A stretch of 32,000 nucleotides of DNA from Fibrobacter succinogenes subsp. succinogenes S85 (lineage in GTDB: Bacteria; Fibrobacterota; Fibrobacteria; Fibrobacterales; Fibrobacteraceae). The notes under the pieces are model-generated. The model was not told the origin of the DNA, made no database searches, and saw nothing but the letters and a program-made list of their open reading frames with translations. Every line of letters starts with the position of its first letter. The stretch's first letter is position 1. This document shows, one piece after another, positions 14,414 through 23,952 of the stretch. The DNA is taken from positions 3,420,001 through 3,452,000 of the forward strand of contig NC_017448.1 in NCBI RefSeq assembly GCF_000146505.1, in the 5' to 3' direction. Made by a program: the position numbers and the translations under genes.

Positions 14414-15577
14414 ATGCAACCGTTAAGTAAACGCACCGAAACTTTTACCGATTCCGTTATCCGCCGAATGACCCGTATTGCCAATGCTTGCGGGGCTATT
14501 AACCTGTCGCAGGGGTTCCCTGATTTTGACCCGCCTGAGGCGCTCACGAAGCGGCTTTCGGAGGTGGCTTTGACGGGTCCGCACCAGTATGCGATTACGT
14601 TTGGCGCGCAGAATTTCCGCGAGGCGTTGAGCGATAAGCAGTTCCACTTTAGCGGCTTGCGTTACGATCCGCAAAAAGAGATGGTGATTACTTGCGGCAG
14701 TACCGAAGCGATGATGGCTTCGATGATGTCGGTCTGCAATCCGGGCGATAAGGTGGTGCTGTTCTCGCCGTTCTACGAGAACTATTCCGCCGATACGATT
14801 TTGTGCGGGGCGACTCCGGTTTATGTGCCGCTTTCGCCTGTTGACTTGAGCTTTGATGCGAACGTCTTGGAAAGTGCGATGGCGCAACCTGGCGTGAAGG
14901 CGCTGGTGCTTTGCAATCCGGCAAATCCGAGCGGTAAGGTTTTTACGCACGAAGAACTTTCGATTATTGCATCGCTTGCCGTCAAGTACGACTTGTATGT
15001 GATTACAGACGAGGTTTACGAGCATATTGTTTTTGCTCCGCATCGCCATACGTACATAGCGATGCTCCCGGGAATGTTCGAACGCACGATTGAATGTAGC
15101 AGCTTGAGCAAGACTTACTCGATTACGGGCTGGCGTTTGGGCTATGTGCTTGCGGCGGAACCGGTTATGGAACGCATCAAGAAGGTGCATGACTTTTTGA
15201 CGGTGGGTGCTGCGGCTCCGTTGATGGAGGCTGCTGTGACGGCGCTCCGTTTTGACGACTCGTACTATACGGGTTTGCAGGCGCATTACACGCACATGAA
15301 GGATGTATTTACAAACGGACTCCGCAATCTCGGTTTGCGTTTTACCGAACCGCAAGGCGCTTACTTTGTACTCGTTGATATTAGCGAGTTCGGGTATGAA
15401 GGAGATGAACAATTCTGCATTGATATGGCGCAGAAGGTGGGTGTTGCTGCTGTTCCGGGGTCGAGCTTCTTCCGTGAACCGGTGGACCATCTCGTGCGTC
15501 TGCATTTCGCGAAGAAAGACGAAACGCTTTACGAAGCACTCAATCGCTTGGAAAATTTGAAAAAGTTGAAACGATAG
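14414..15577 (+). CDS. class I/II pyridoxal-phosphate aminotransferase (YbdL / methionine-kynurenine aminotransferase-like)
   Basis: 387 aa. INLSQGFPDFDPP, CNPANPSGKVF and the PLP-lysine motif SSLSKTYSITGWRLGY are present. Confidence 0.9.
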   Translation: MQPLSKRTETFTDSVIRRMTRIANACGAINLSQGFPDFDPPEALTKRLSEVALTGPHQYAITFGAQNFREALSDKQFHFSGLRYDPQKEMVITCGSTEAMMASMMSVCNPGDKVVLFSPFYENYSADTILCGATPVYVPLSPVDLSFDANVLESAMAQPGVKALVLCNPANPSGKVFTHEELSIIASLAVKYDLYVITDEVYEHIVFAPHRHTYIAMLPGMFERTIECSSLSKTYSITGWRLGYVLAAEPVMERIKKVHDFLTVGAAAPLMEAAVTALRFDDSYYTGLQAHYTHMKDVFTNGLRNLGLRFTEPQGAYFVLVDISEFGYEGDEQFCIDMAQKVGVAAVPGSSFFREPVDHLVRLHFAKKDETLYEALNRLENLKKLKR

Positions 15578-15741
15578 CTTGTGTGAATTAATTTGTAATT
15601 GAAAGGTGTGGCGGAATGCTGCTCCTTTTTTTTAGTTATAAAAAAATTGTATCATCAGTAATGAAATAATAGTATTGGACAAAAGCCTCCGCAGAATCTA
15701 ATATTGTGCCAACAAAAAACAACTTAACAACGGAGGAATCA

Positions 15742-17136
15742 ATGAATATCTTTAAAAAAAATACGAAACTTTCGACTATTATTTTAGCATCACTCCTTTC
15801 ACTTTCTGCATGTTCTGATGACGATTCAAATTCTGTCGCTCCTTCAACCTCTGAAGAACATGAACATCATGCTACGGAAGAACACTCCGGTTCTGGCGAA
15901 ACGCATTCCGGTGCTGCCGATGAACATTCTGGTCATGCTACGGAATCTGGTGACCACAAATCTGCATCAAGCGGCTTGACGCTTGGCGATGAAAATATTA
16001 AAGATGGCATCATTTTCTTGCAGGATACGACAATTAATGGCGTGTTGACGGTGAATACTTCAACGCCGGGCGCAACTGTTTTGAAAAATGTCAAGGTCAC
16101 GGGAAATCTGTTGATCAAACGCTCTGGCCGTGTTGATTTTTCGGGTAGTGCCGATGTGGTTCACGTGGGTAGCAGCAATACAGATGTCTATGCCTTTGAT
16201 GATGTTGCTCTGGTAAATGGTCATCATTTTATGGGCAAGAACAATACCTTTACGACCAAGAGATTCTCGGATTATCAGGAAGTGGATTGGACCGAAAAGG
16301 CGGCTCACCTGTCTACGGGAATTCATTTATCTTACACGGTCTCAGGTGATGAAAAGGGAGCTCCGGTTATCTTGATTCATGGCCTTGTCGATGGGCGTGT
16401 TTCCTGGTCGCAGGTGGCTCCACAGCTTGCCAAGAAGGGCTATCGTGTATATGTTCCTGAATTGCGAGGCAACGGAAAGACGGACAAGCCAATTGAAGAA
16501 TCGGCGTATTCAATCAAGGAATTGGCAAAGGATATCGCAGCTTTTATCGATAAGCTTGAATTGAACAAACCGCATATTGTTGGACATTCTTTTGGTTCAT
16601 TTGTGGCGCAGGAATTGTCTATTTCGTATGCGGATAAAATCGGTTCCATCACATTGATTGGCTCGGCGGCCTCTGTGGATAAGAAAAATGCTACGATTGA
16701 TTGGCTCTTGAACGGAACGGATGATAAATTATTCGATGGCGTTTATGCTTATGATTCAACGCAAAAGCTTCCTGATACATTCTATGAAAAGTGGGGCAAT
16801 AGCACGAATCCGGATAAGGATTTCCAGACCGCACACTTGGAACATTTGCATCAAGTCCCTTATTATGCTTGGAAATTCCTTGTCAAGAACTTTGTAGCTG
16901 TTGACAATGCAAAGCGCCTTTCTTCGATTACATCGGATGTCCAGATTATCTGGGGTACAAAGGACGCTATATTCGATAAAAAGTCGCAGGAAGCGTTGCA
17001 GGATGGCCTTTCTAAGGCAAAGAAAGTCGTGTTCCGTGAAGTCAAAGATGCGGACCACAACACGCATTGGGGCTCCAAAGCCGCTGTAGAAACTGTGACG
17101 GACTACATCGACAACTTTATCAAGGGCGACAAGTAA
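15742..17136 (+). CDS. lipoprotein: His/Glu-rich linker + beta-helix-like segment + alpha/beta hydrolase domain
   Basis: Start trimmed to ATG 15742, with GGAGGA upstream. The signal and lipobox read MNIFKKNTKLSTIILASLLSLSA-C. A His-rich tract follows (EEHEHHATEEHSGSGETHSGAADEHSGHATESGDH). The hydrolase core has VILIHGL, the nucleophile elbow GHSFG, GTKDAIF and DADHNTHW (Ser-Asp-His triad). Confidence 0.8.
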   Translation: MNIFKKNTKLSTIILASLLSLSACSDDDSNSVAPSTSEEHEHHATEEHSGSGETHSGAADEHSGHATESGDHKSASSGLTLGDENIKDGIIFLQDTTINGVLTVNTSTPGATVLKNVKVTGNLLIKRSGRVDFSGSADVVHVGSSNTDVYAFDDVALVNGHHFMGKNNTFTTKRFSDYQEVDWTEKAAHLSTGIHLSYTVSGDEKGAPVILIHGLVDGRVSWSQVAPQLAKKGYRVYVPELRGNGKTDKPIEESAYSIKELAKDIAAFIDKLELNKPHIVGHSFGSFVAQELSISYADKIGSITLIGSAASVDKKNATIDWLLNGTDDKLFDGVYAYDSTQKLPDTFYEKWGNSTNPDKDFQTAHLEHLHQVPYYAWKFLVKNFVAVDNAKRLSSITSDVQIIWGTKDAIFDKKSQEALQDGLSKAKKVVFREVKDADHNTHWGSKAAVETVTDYIDNFIKGDK

Positions 17137-17151
17137 TTATTAATTATGGGG

Positions 17152-17184
17152 AGGAGTATCTGTAAAAAGATACTCCTTTGTATT
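17152..17184 (+). terminator. intercistronic hairpin (attenuator or mRNA-stability element) between the hydrolase and barrel genes
   Basis: A perfect 10-bp stem, AGGAGTATCT (17152-17161) with AGATACTCCT (17168-17177), around loop GTAAAA. TTGTATT follows, then ATG 17185. Confidence 0.4.
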
Positions 17185-18366
17185 ATGAATAAAATAATTT
17201 TATCATGCGTTTTATTGTTTGCGGGTGTCGCTTTTTCTGAAATTCGCCCGAAGTTGGACCTTTCTGGGATGGTGATGGTCCACGCTTATGCCGATTGGAA
17301 TACGGATGAGTCTAAGGTTACGCACCGTTTTGAATCTATGCTAGATTTGGACTTTGACCTTCGTTTTAACGATCGCTGGTCTGCATGGCTTGAACTCGAA
17401 GCGATGGGGATGGCGATGAACGGAATGGAGGATATGGAAGGGATGGACATGGGCGATGAATCGTCTATGGATCCCGTAAATCCTGCTGTTGTCTTTAATG
17501 GCGCGTATATTCAATACACTCGTTCGGAACGCACTTTCTTTCGCGTTGGTGACTTGAAATTTTTTGAAGGTATTTTCAAGAATTATTATGATTTCGGGGA
17601 TCCGCGCGATGATGCTGCAGGCATTTCGCAAAAGACGATTCGCGGTTTAGAATTCCAGTGGAACGGATTGCAATTTGATATAGGTTTTGGCACTGCGGGC
17701 AATGACCAAAGTTGCCATTACCATTTCATGTTTGGCGAGTACATGGGAATGGATTGTCTGGAAGGTTATACGTATGAAGTTCATGCGGCGTACGACTTAG
17801 AAATTGCAAATCAAGTTTTCCGTCCTTATTTTGATTACAAAAGCTATCAGCGTAAAGACTACAATGAACTTTATGCGGGGTTAGATTTATCGCTTGCGTT
17901 TGGCCCTTTTGCGTTCCATGGACTATACGGGTTCCATTCCGTGTTCCTCGCAAGTGACGATGCTGTCTCGAACCACGTCTTGCTTGTAGAACCGTCATTT
18001 GATATTTCGAGATTTTGCATAGTGGGCTCTTTGTTCTATGCGTTCATCGATGACCCTGTTCGTACAAGTCTAGAAATTACCTCGCGTCCGGAATACTTCT
18101 TTGTCGCGTTGGAGCCGAGCGTTGCCGTGAATGAATATCTGAGTATCGGCGTTCCTTTGGAATTGCATACGAACAGCTTAGATAAAAAGGACGACTTGGG
18201 CTCTGCGCGCATCGGCGGAAGATTCTACTTTAATGTTCCTGACTTTAAAATAGATATCATCTCGATGGTGCTTGTCGATATCCCGTATGGCGATGATTGG
18301 CCGTCCGAAGGGAATAAGAATGATCCTTCCTTTATTTTTGGTGTAGAAGCGATGTTTGACTTCTAG
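17185..18366 (+). CDS. outer-membrane beta-barrel (porin-like) protein with a Met-rich insert
   Basis: Start trimmed to ATG 17185 (MNKIILSCVLLFAGVAFS-E signal); ATG 17146 is the alternative. The sequence shows alternating hydrophobic beta-strand patterning throughout and ends FGVEAMFDF (aromatic terminal residue, typical of OMPs). The Met-rich tract is EAMGMAMNGMEDMEGMDMGDESSM. Confidence 0.6.
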   Translation: MNKIILSCVLLFAGVAFSEIRPKLDLSGMVMVHAYADWNTDESKVTHRFESMLDLDFDLRFNDRWSAWLELEAMGMAMNGMEDMEGMDMGDESSMDPVNPAVVFNGAYIQYTRSERTFFRVGDLKFFEGIFKNYYDFGDPRDDAAGISQKTIRGLEFQWNGLQFDIGFGTAGNDQSCHYHFMFGEYMGMDCLEGYTYEVHAAYDLEIANQVFRPYFDYKSYQRKDYNELYAGLDLSLAFGPFAFHGLYGFHSVFLASDDAVSNHVLLVEPSFDISRFCIVGSLFYAFIDDPVRTSLEITSRPEYFFVALEPSVAVNEYLSIGVPLELHTNSLDKKDDLGSARIGGRFYFNVPDFKIDIISMVLVDIPYGDDWPSEGNKNDPSFIFGVEAMFDF

Positions 18367-18374
18367 GAGCTCAT

Positions 18375-18719
18375 ATGAAAAAGATTGTATTACTTTGTAT
18401 TTTGCTGAGTTCCCTTGCGATGGCTCGTTTTGATTGCTGTGCCCGCAAACGCGCAACTGTCAAAAAAGAGGAAACGTCATTGACGTTTTCGGTGGGTGTA
18501 GTTCGCGCAGAAGATGAGTCCCTGCTGAAGAAGGCTTCATCTTCGCTTGCCAAGGAATCTATCACGTTACAGATAAAAAAGTGGGATACTCAGGAGCATG
18601 CCAACGAGGCGCTTGCCAAAGGCTTTGTCGATGGCTTGTATATCGATAGCCTTTGGTTTAACTCGGATTCAGATAAGAAAGAAGTTCTCTTGCGGCTGAA
18701 AAAAGAAATAGGAAAGTAA
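18375..18719 (+). CDS. small secreted protein, unknown function
   Basis: 114 aa, with AGGAG 6 nt upstream. The signal peptide is MKKIVLLCILLSSLAMA. The mature part (LTFSVGVV...ALAKGFVDGLYIDS) faintly resembles one lobe of a periplasmic binding protein. Confidence 0.5.
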   Translation: MKKIVLLCILLSSLAMARFDCCARKRATVKKEETSLTFSVGVVRAEDESLLKKASSSLAKESITLQIKKWDTQEHANEALAKGFVDGLYIDSLWFNSDSDKKEVLLRLKKEIGK

Positions 18720-18765
18720 AATCGGCTGTCGCGTGGTCTTTGATTTTTTCTATCTTTTCCAAGCT

Positions 18766-20181
18766 ATGGTTGATGCTATTTTAAATAGGTTCTATAAACC
18801 TTCGAAATTCAAGAAGAACGGGGACGTGAAGGATGTGCTCGTGGTGGCACTCCCGATGCTTCTGTCGATGTCGTTTGATACGTTTATGACGTTCATCGAC
18901 CGTTTGTTCCTCTCGAAGCTTGGCCCCGCCGAAATGAATGCGGCGCTCGGGGCAGGGGCGGTGCAACTTGCGCTCACGATGTTTTTTACGGGCGCGATTA
19001 GCTATACGACGGCAATGGTGGCTCAGCGCTTGGGTGGTAAAAAACGCTGGGATTGCGCCCGCGTGTTTATGCAATCGGTGTACTTGTCGCTGATTTCAGT
19101 GCCGCTTTTGTACCTCACGATTCCGCTGGGGCATTTTGCGTTTGGACTGGAGCATTTGCCGGCGGATCAGCTCGAATACCAGAAGACGTATTTCAACATC
19201 TTGATGTTCGGTGGCGTGATCAACTTGTTGCGTAACGCGGCTCCGTGTTTCTTTAGCGGTATCGGCGAAACCAAGGTCGTGATGAAGGCGGCTTTCGCTG
19301 GCATGATTGTGAACGTGGCCTGCAACTTTGTATTGATTTATGGCTACGGTCCGATTCCCGCGATGGGCGTTGCGGGCGCTGCTTATGGCACGCTCATTGG
19401 CAATGTGGTTTCTACGGTGATTCTGTTTGCGAAGTTCTTTAGCAATAGTTGCCATCGTCGGTTCCGTACGCGTTTTGCGTTCGCGTTTAGCTGGCCGTTG
19501 ACTCGCGAACTTTTGAAAAAGGGCATTCCGTCTGGCGTCGAGATGTTCTTGAACATGGCGGCGTTTCAGTCGTTGATTTTGATGTTCCATGCGCTTGGGC
19601 CTGAGGCGGCGACCGCATCCTCAATCATGTTCAACTGGGACTTGGTGGCGTATGTGCCGCTGATGGGGTTGGAGGTCGCGTCGACGAGCCTGGTGGGGCG
19701 CTATGTGGGCGCCAAGAATGCCGCTGCGGCAACGCGTTCGACTTATTCCGGGCTTAAGCTCGGCTGGGGCTATTCCCTGGTAATGGGGATTTTCTTCATC
19801 TTCTTGCCGGGAGTGCTGACGGATATTTTCAAGCCGGATGTTGCCGAGGCGACGGAAAGCGCGCTTGCGATTTTTAATGCGGCTCGCCCGATGAGCATGT
19901 TCATGCTTCGGATTGCAACGTTCTACATTTTTGTTGAAGTCTTGCTCGTGATTTATGCGGGTGCGCTTCGCGGTGCGGGCGATACGGTCTGGGTGATGTT
20001 CGCTTGCGGTATCATGAACTGGTTCGTGGCGATTGCCTTGTACATCGTGGCTTACGTTTTCCATCTGCCGGCCCATTACGCTTGGATTGTGGTAGTTGCC
20101 GTTTATAGCACGGCTCCGCTGATTTTCTGGCGTCGCTGGAAGAGCGGAAAATGGCGCAGACACGTGATGAACGCTAAGTAA
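18766..20181 (+). CDS. MATE-family efflux transporter
   Basis: Twelve-TM layout with the typical MATE N-terminus (VLVVALPMLLSMSFDTFMTFIDRLFLSKLGPAEMNAALGAG) and an internal repeat. Start set at ATG 18766; the ORF-track GTG is at 18733. Confidence 0.9.
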   Translation: MVDAILNRFYKPSKFKKNGDVKDVLVVALPMLLSMSFDTFMTFIDRLFLSKLGPAEMNAALGAGAVQLALTMFFTGAISYTTAMVAQRLGGKKRWDCARVFMQSVYLSLISVPLLYLTIPLGHFAFGLEHLPADQLEYQKTYFNILMFGGVINLLRNAAPCFFSGIGETKVVMKAAFAGMIVNVACNFVLIYGYGPIPAMGVAGAAYGTLIGNVVSTVILFAKFFSNSCHRRFRTRFAFAFSWPLTRELLKKGIPSGVEMFLNMAAFQSLILMFHALGPEAATASSIMFNWDLVAYVPLMGLEVASTSLVGRYVGAKNAAAATRSTYSGLKLGWGYSLVMGIFFIFLPGVLTDIFKPDVAEATESALAIFNAARPMSMFMLRIATFYIFVEVLLVIYAGALRGAGDTVWVMFACGIMNWFVAIALYIVAYVFHLPAHYAWIVVVAVYSTAPLIFWRRWKSGKWRRHVMNAK

Positions 20182-20335
20182 AGCTCAAAAATCGTAGATT
20201 CGGGGCTTTTTTACAACTTTTAACTAGGCTTATCGAAGTGCTGTAGGTATATTTATAAGACCTGCGGCTTTTTTTGTTTTGCTTTTTGGTGGTGGCAATT
20301 TTTGCAGAGGCCGTGGGAGAGGATTGGAATTGGAT

Positions 20336-21757
20336 ATGAAAAAAAATCACGTCATTGCGAGCATCGTGGCGCTCGCATCTATCGCTTTTGCTGCCCCGCC
20401 GTCTAACTTTAGCGGCTGGGATCTCGTTTTTGAAGACAATTTTGATGGAACTTCTTTGGATAAAAAGAAGTGGAATCCGACTTATAACTGGGGCCCGACG
20501 CACAACCACCGCGCCTATTGTGCCGAAGAAAACGTGATTGTATCCGATGGAACGCTCAAGCTCAAGGGAGAAAAGAAAATGCATCCTGATGCCAAAGGAC
20601 GAAAGGCCAAATTCAACAACAAGGAAATCCCGGTCGATTACACTTCGGGTGCAATTGACACGAAGGGAAAATTTGAGGTCAAGTACGGCTATATTGAAGG
20701 CCGATTCAAGGCGCCCTCACAAAAGGGAACTTGGCCTGCGTTTTGGACGTTGCAAGACGGCTGGCCTCCAGAAATTGACATCTTGGAAATCCCAGCATCA
20801 CGCAAGCAACACCATTACTATTTGCATTACACCGACCCGAGCTGGTACAACAGCCATGGTTCGGCATGGGATCACGAAGCCTCTTTTGGCGGCCATAAGG
20901 ACGACAATGTGGACCGCTCGGCGGATTTCCACACGTATGCCGTGGAATGGGACGAGTCTACGCTCAGCTTTTATTTTGACGACAAAAAGTTTGCAAGTTA
21001 CAACCGCCCGACTGAAATCAAGCAGCTTTCGGCGCAGTACATTATCGTGAATTTGGCGATTGGCGGCTGGGCGGGCGATGATATTGAAATCACGTCGGAC
21101 AAGCCTGCGTATTTCGAAGCAGACTGGGTGCGTGTATGGCAGGCGAAACCAGCAAAGCCCGATACCGTGCGCATTATGTCGATGAATTTTGGTACATGCA
21201 TGACGCGAACTGCCGAGGACAAGCTTGCGCTTGGCGATTGCAGCGGCGATAATGCGATTGCGACGATAACTCCGCTTTCTTCGACGACTTACCGCATCAA
21301 TTTTGGCGATATCTCGCTTGACACGCCGAATGAGTCAACCGATGCGGGCGTGACGATGGGCCTTTACAAGTGGAACGGCGGTGGCCATCAAAAAGTGGTC
21401 ATGGAAAAGCAATCTGGCTACGAGGGCTCCGTGGTGCGCATGAAAATGCAACACAGCAATATGTATCTGCGTGCAACGACGGATGGCGAACGCGTGGTGC
21501 AAAGCTGGGCCGATGACTGGGAATGGAACCAGATGTGGCGCTTGCTCAAGTCTGATGATGAAATCCCGACGAAGGACCCGTCTGTTGGAATCCACGAGAC
21601 TGCGCGGACGATTGCCCCTGCTTATGGCGCCAAAGTTTTCCGTAAGAATGGGATGCTTTACGTGCAGTTCGGCGATCGTAACGGGGGCGTGCCTAACAAT
21701 AATGGCACGAAGCTTGAGCCTCGTGCCTACGATTTCAAGGGCCGAATAATAAAATAA
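20336..21757 (+). CDS. secreted glycoside hydrolase family 16 (beta-glucanase) with C-terminal ricin-type (CBM13-like) domain
   Basis: Start at ATG 20336 (MKKNHVIASIVALASIAFA signal). The GH16 catalytic motif is WPPEIDILEIP (ExDxxE), with GTWPAFWT and NLAIGGW also present. The C-terminal beta-trefoil shows a QxW-type motif (WNQMWRLL). Confidence 0.87.
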   Translation: MKKNHVIASIVALASIAFAAPPSNFSGWDLVFEDNFDGTSLDKKKWNPTYNWGPTHNHRAYCAEENVIVSDGTLKLKGEKKMHPDAKGRKAKFNNKEIPVDYTSGAIDTKGKFEVKYGYIEGRFKAPSQKGTWPAFWTLQDGWPPEIDILEIPASRKQHHYYLHYTDPSWYNSHGSAWDHEASFGGHKDDNVDRSADFHTYAVEWDESTLSFYFDDKKFASYNRPTEIKQLSAQYIIVNLAIGGWAGDDIEITSDKPAYFEADWVRVWQAKPAKPDTVRIMSMNFGTCMTRTAEDKLALGDCSGDNAIATITPLSSTTYRINFGDISLDTPNESTDAGVTMGLYKWNGGGHQKVVMEKQSGYEGSVVRMKMQHSNMYLRATTDGERVVQSWADDWEWNQMWRLLKSDDEIPTKDPSVGIHETARTIAPAYGAKVFRKNGMLYVQFGDRNGGVPNNNGTKLEPRAYDFKGRIIK

Positions 21758-21758
21758 A

Positions 21759-22529
21759 TTACTCTTTTCTCTTGTATCCGCTGAGCCCGAGTAAAATCAA
21801 TGCCGGCGTATAGAAGTACCATACAAAGTTGTTGGCGACAGTCGCTACAATTTCTTGAACGCTGTGGTCATCGCCGGTTGCAAGCGAAATGCCTACGCAT
21901 GCATCGCAGCAGAAGAATAGAATCATGCCGCGTTTGATGTTGCGTGCGTTTTTAGCGGGGAAATATCCTTTGCTAGGAACCTTGCAGGCGACAACGAGTG
22001 AGCAAATGAGGAATGCTGCATAAGTTGCGATAATCGGGACTGTCGGTCCTTCGAAAATGCGGAATAGGTGCAGCGCATTCGTGATGAACATGACCGTAAA
22101 CGGAATAATCAAAATCCACGGAGAGCTCTTGTCTGTATCGCTTGTGCGCGTGTGACGGTAAATGAAAAGTGCCTGCACGACCATAAAGAAGCAAATGCCG
22201 AGCAATGTGTAATCGCTGCGGTGCTCCAGAACGTGAGCGTAGTTGTGCATGATTTTTAAGCAGAAATCCGCGCACAAAGCCATGGCGAAACCCGCTTGTA
22301 AAAAGTTGCGGTCGCGCTTGCAAAGACAATTCCCGCCAATGAAAAATACGACAATCGTCATGATGGCGGTAACGGCGAACTTGGCGATATTCTGGTAGTT
22401 GCTGCTTTCGACGAGACATTGCTCGACAGCACCACAGTTGTAAAATACAAGCCAGTCTCTCACGAAGAATGTAATCATGAGAATTCCGACGATAATAATA
22501 AGCGAAGTTATGAGTGTTTTCTTGTTCAT
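21759..22529 (-). CDS. polytopic membrane protein, YhhN/lysoplasmalogenase-like
   Basis: 256 aa with about 8 TM segments. The acidic motifs in the TMs (ALCADFCLK and FFCCDACVGISL) resemble the YhhN family. This is a by-eye assignment only. Confidence 0.5.
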   Translation of the reverse strand: MNKKTLITSLIIIVGILMITFFVRDWLVFYNCGAVEQCLVESSNYQNIAKFAVTAIMTIVVFFIGGNCLCKRDRNFLQAGFAMALCADFCLKIMHNYAHVLEHRSDYTLLGICFFMVVQALFIYRHTRTSDTDKSSPWILIIPFTVMFITNALHLFRIFEGPTVPIIATYAAFLICSLVVACKVPSKGYFPAKNARNIKRGMILFFCCDACVGISLATGDDHSVQEIVATVANNFVWYFYTPALILLGLSGYKRKE

Positions 22530-22583
22530 AACTTACAATATAATCAATTGCGGTAATGGAAAATAGAGGTTGTTTGCAAAAAA

Positions 22584-23951
22584 TTAGGATTGAACGTTTT
22601 TAACGCTTAATCCGAGTCGCGTGAGACGGTTGTAAAGGGCTGTGCGGTTCATGCGGAGACGTTCTGCGGCAAGGCTTACGGATCCATCGCAATTGCGGAT
22701 GGTTGCTTTCAAAAATTCTCGTTCTTCGTCAAGTTGCAAATCGCGAAATTCTTCGTAATTACTAGCGTTGAATGCTTTTATGGCGGCTGTGTCCGCGCTA
22801 GAAAATCTAGCCGCAGAGTCATTTGAATCTTCGTCAATTTGTAAATCTTCGGCGCTTAAAATGCCTGGGTCGGTAAAGCAGAGGGCGCGCTGGATGACGT
22901 TTTCGAGTTCGCGAATGTTGCCTGGCCAGTTGTGATTCTGGAGCTTTAGCAACGCTTCAGGCGAGAGCGTATAAGGTTCGCCTGCGGGCGCGTACTGGCG
23001 GATAAAGTAATTCGCCAAGTCTTCGATGTCTTCTTTGCGGTCGCGGAGCGGCGAAAGCTGCATCGGAATCACGTTCAGGCGGTAATAAAGGTCTTCGCGG
23101 AAGCGCTTTTCGCGAATTTCTTCGCGGAGGTCGCGGTTTGTAGCGGCGATAATGCGCACGTCAATGTGTCGCGTCTTGTTTGCGCCGATGGGGCGAATTT
23201 CGTGATTCTGGATGACGCGCAAAAGCTTGACTTGAGCGTGGAGCGGCATGTCGCCGATTTCGTCCAGGAAGATGGCGCCGCCATTGGCATCTTCGAAAAG
23301 ACCAATGCGTTCGTTTTGGGCGCCCGTGAATGCTCCGCGCGTATGGCCGAAAAGTTCACTTTCGAAAAGTGATTCAGGAATGGCGCTGCAGTTGACCGTA
23401 ACGAATTTGTCGTAAACGCAAGCGATGGCTCGTGCAACCAGGTCTTTACCGACGCCCGATTCGCCTTGGATGAGGACGGGGCCTGTGTGCAGAATGGCAC
23501 GTTCCACTTTTTTGCGGAGGTGCTGCATGGATTCGCTTTTGCCGACGAGGTGCGACATCCTTTCGCGGAAAATGCGCTTCGCGTTATTGATTTCCTTGAG
23601 CCTGGAAATCTTGCTCATCAAGTGGAGGCGCAACGCTTCGACGGAGAGAATCGTGTCGTAAAGTTTGCTTGAAACTTCGGTGTAGCGTTCAGGTGATTCC
23701 GCATAGGCGAGGATCATGGAATCCGGGCTGAATTCGCGAAGTCTTGAAAGCAATTCTGCATTTTTTGCAGAGAAAGAATCAAGGTCCCAGATGACTATGG
23801 GCGCGAGAGGAGCTCGCAAGGCTTCTGCGATTTCGGGCGCATCGTCGCTTGTGGGGGTGTGGACATCGACGGTGTTATCCACAGAAGAAAGGACGTCCAA
23901 GATGAACGAGGACGTCGAAGTTTCTTTTGTGAAAAAGTCGATGGACGGCAT
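22584..23951 (-). CDS. sigma-54-dependent transcriptional activator (NtrC/Fis family)
   Basis: AAA+ core with [30 protein letters not shown] (GAFTGA loop), FLDEIGDM and [10 protein letters not shown]. The C-terminal HTH is [21 protein letters not shown]. The N-terminal ~130 aa looks like a degenerate receiver. Confidence 0.9.
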   Translation of the reverse strand: MPSIDFFTKETSTSSFILDVLSSVDNTVDVHTPTSDDAPEIAEALRAPLAPIVIWDLDSFSAKNAELLSRLREFSPDSMILAYAESPERYTEVSSKLYDTILSVEALRLHLMSKISRLKEINNAKRIFRERMSHLVGKSESMQHLRKKVERAILHTGPVLIQGESGVGKDLVARAIACVYDKFVTVNCSAIPESLFESELFGHTRGAFTGAQNERIGLFEDANGGAIFLDEIGDMPLHAQVKLLRVIQNHEIRPIGANKTRHIDVRIIAATNRDLREEIREKRFREDLYYRLNVIPMQLSPLRDRKEDIEDLANYFIRQYAPAGEPYTLSPEALLKLQNHNWPGNIRELENVIQRALCFTDPGILSAEDLQIDEDSNDSAARFSSADTAAIKAFNASNYEEFRDLQLDEEREFLKATIRNCDGSVSLAAERLRMNRTALYNRLTRLGLSVKNVQS

Positions 23952-23952
23952 T

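Noticed and set aside
14423-15505. 360-aa reverse-strand ORF covering almost the whole aminotransferase gene
   Set aside because: It is Arg/His-rich low-complexity sequence with no recognisable motif. It is the mirror frame of a confidently identified PLP aminotransferase, which makes it a typical antisense shadow ORF.
20293-20306. TGGCAATTTTTGCA 30 nt upstream of the GH16 start, resembling a sigma-54 promoter near a sigma-54 activator gene
   Set aside because: The spacing between the GG and GC dinucleotides is 8 nt (or 11 nt using the neighbouring GG) instead of the strictly required 10.
21703-21718. TGGCACGAAGCTTGAG, close to the sigma-54 -24/-12 consensus
   Set aside because: It lies inside the 3' end of the GH16 coding sequence and points into a convergent gene. 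The -12 element is TTGA rather than TTGC.
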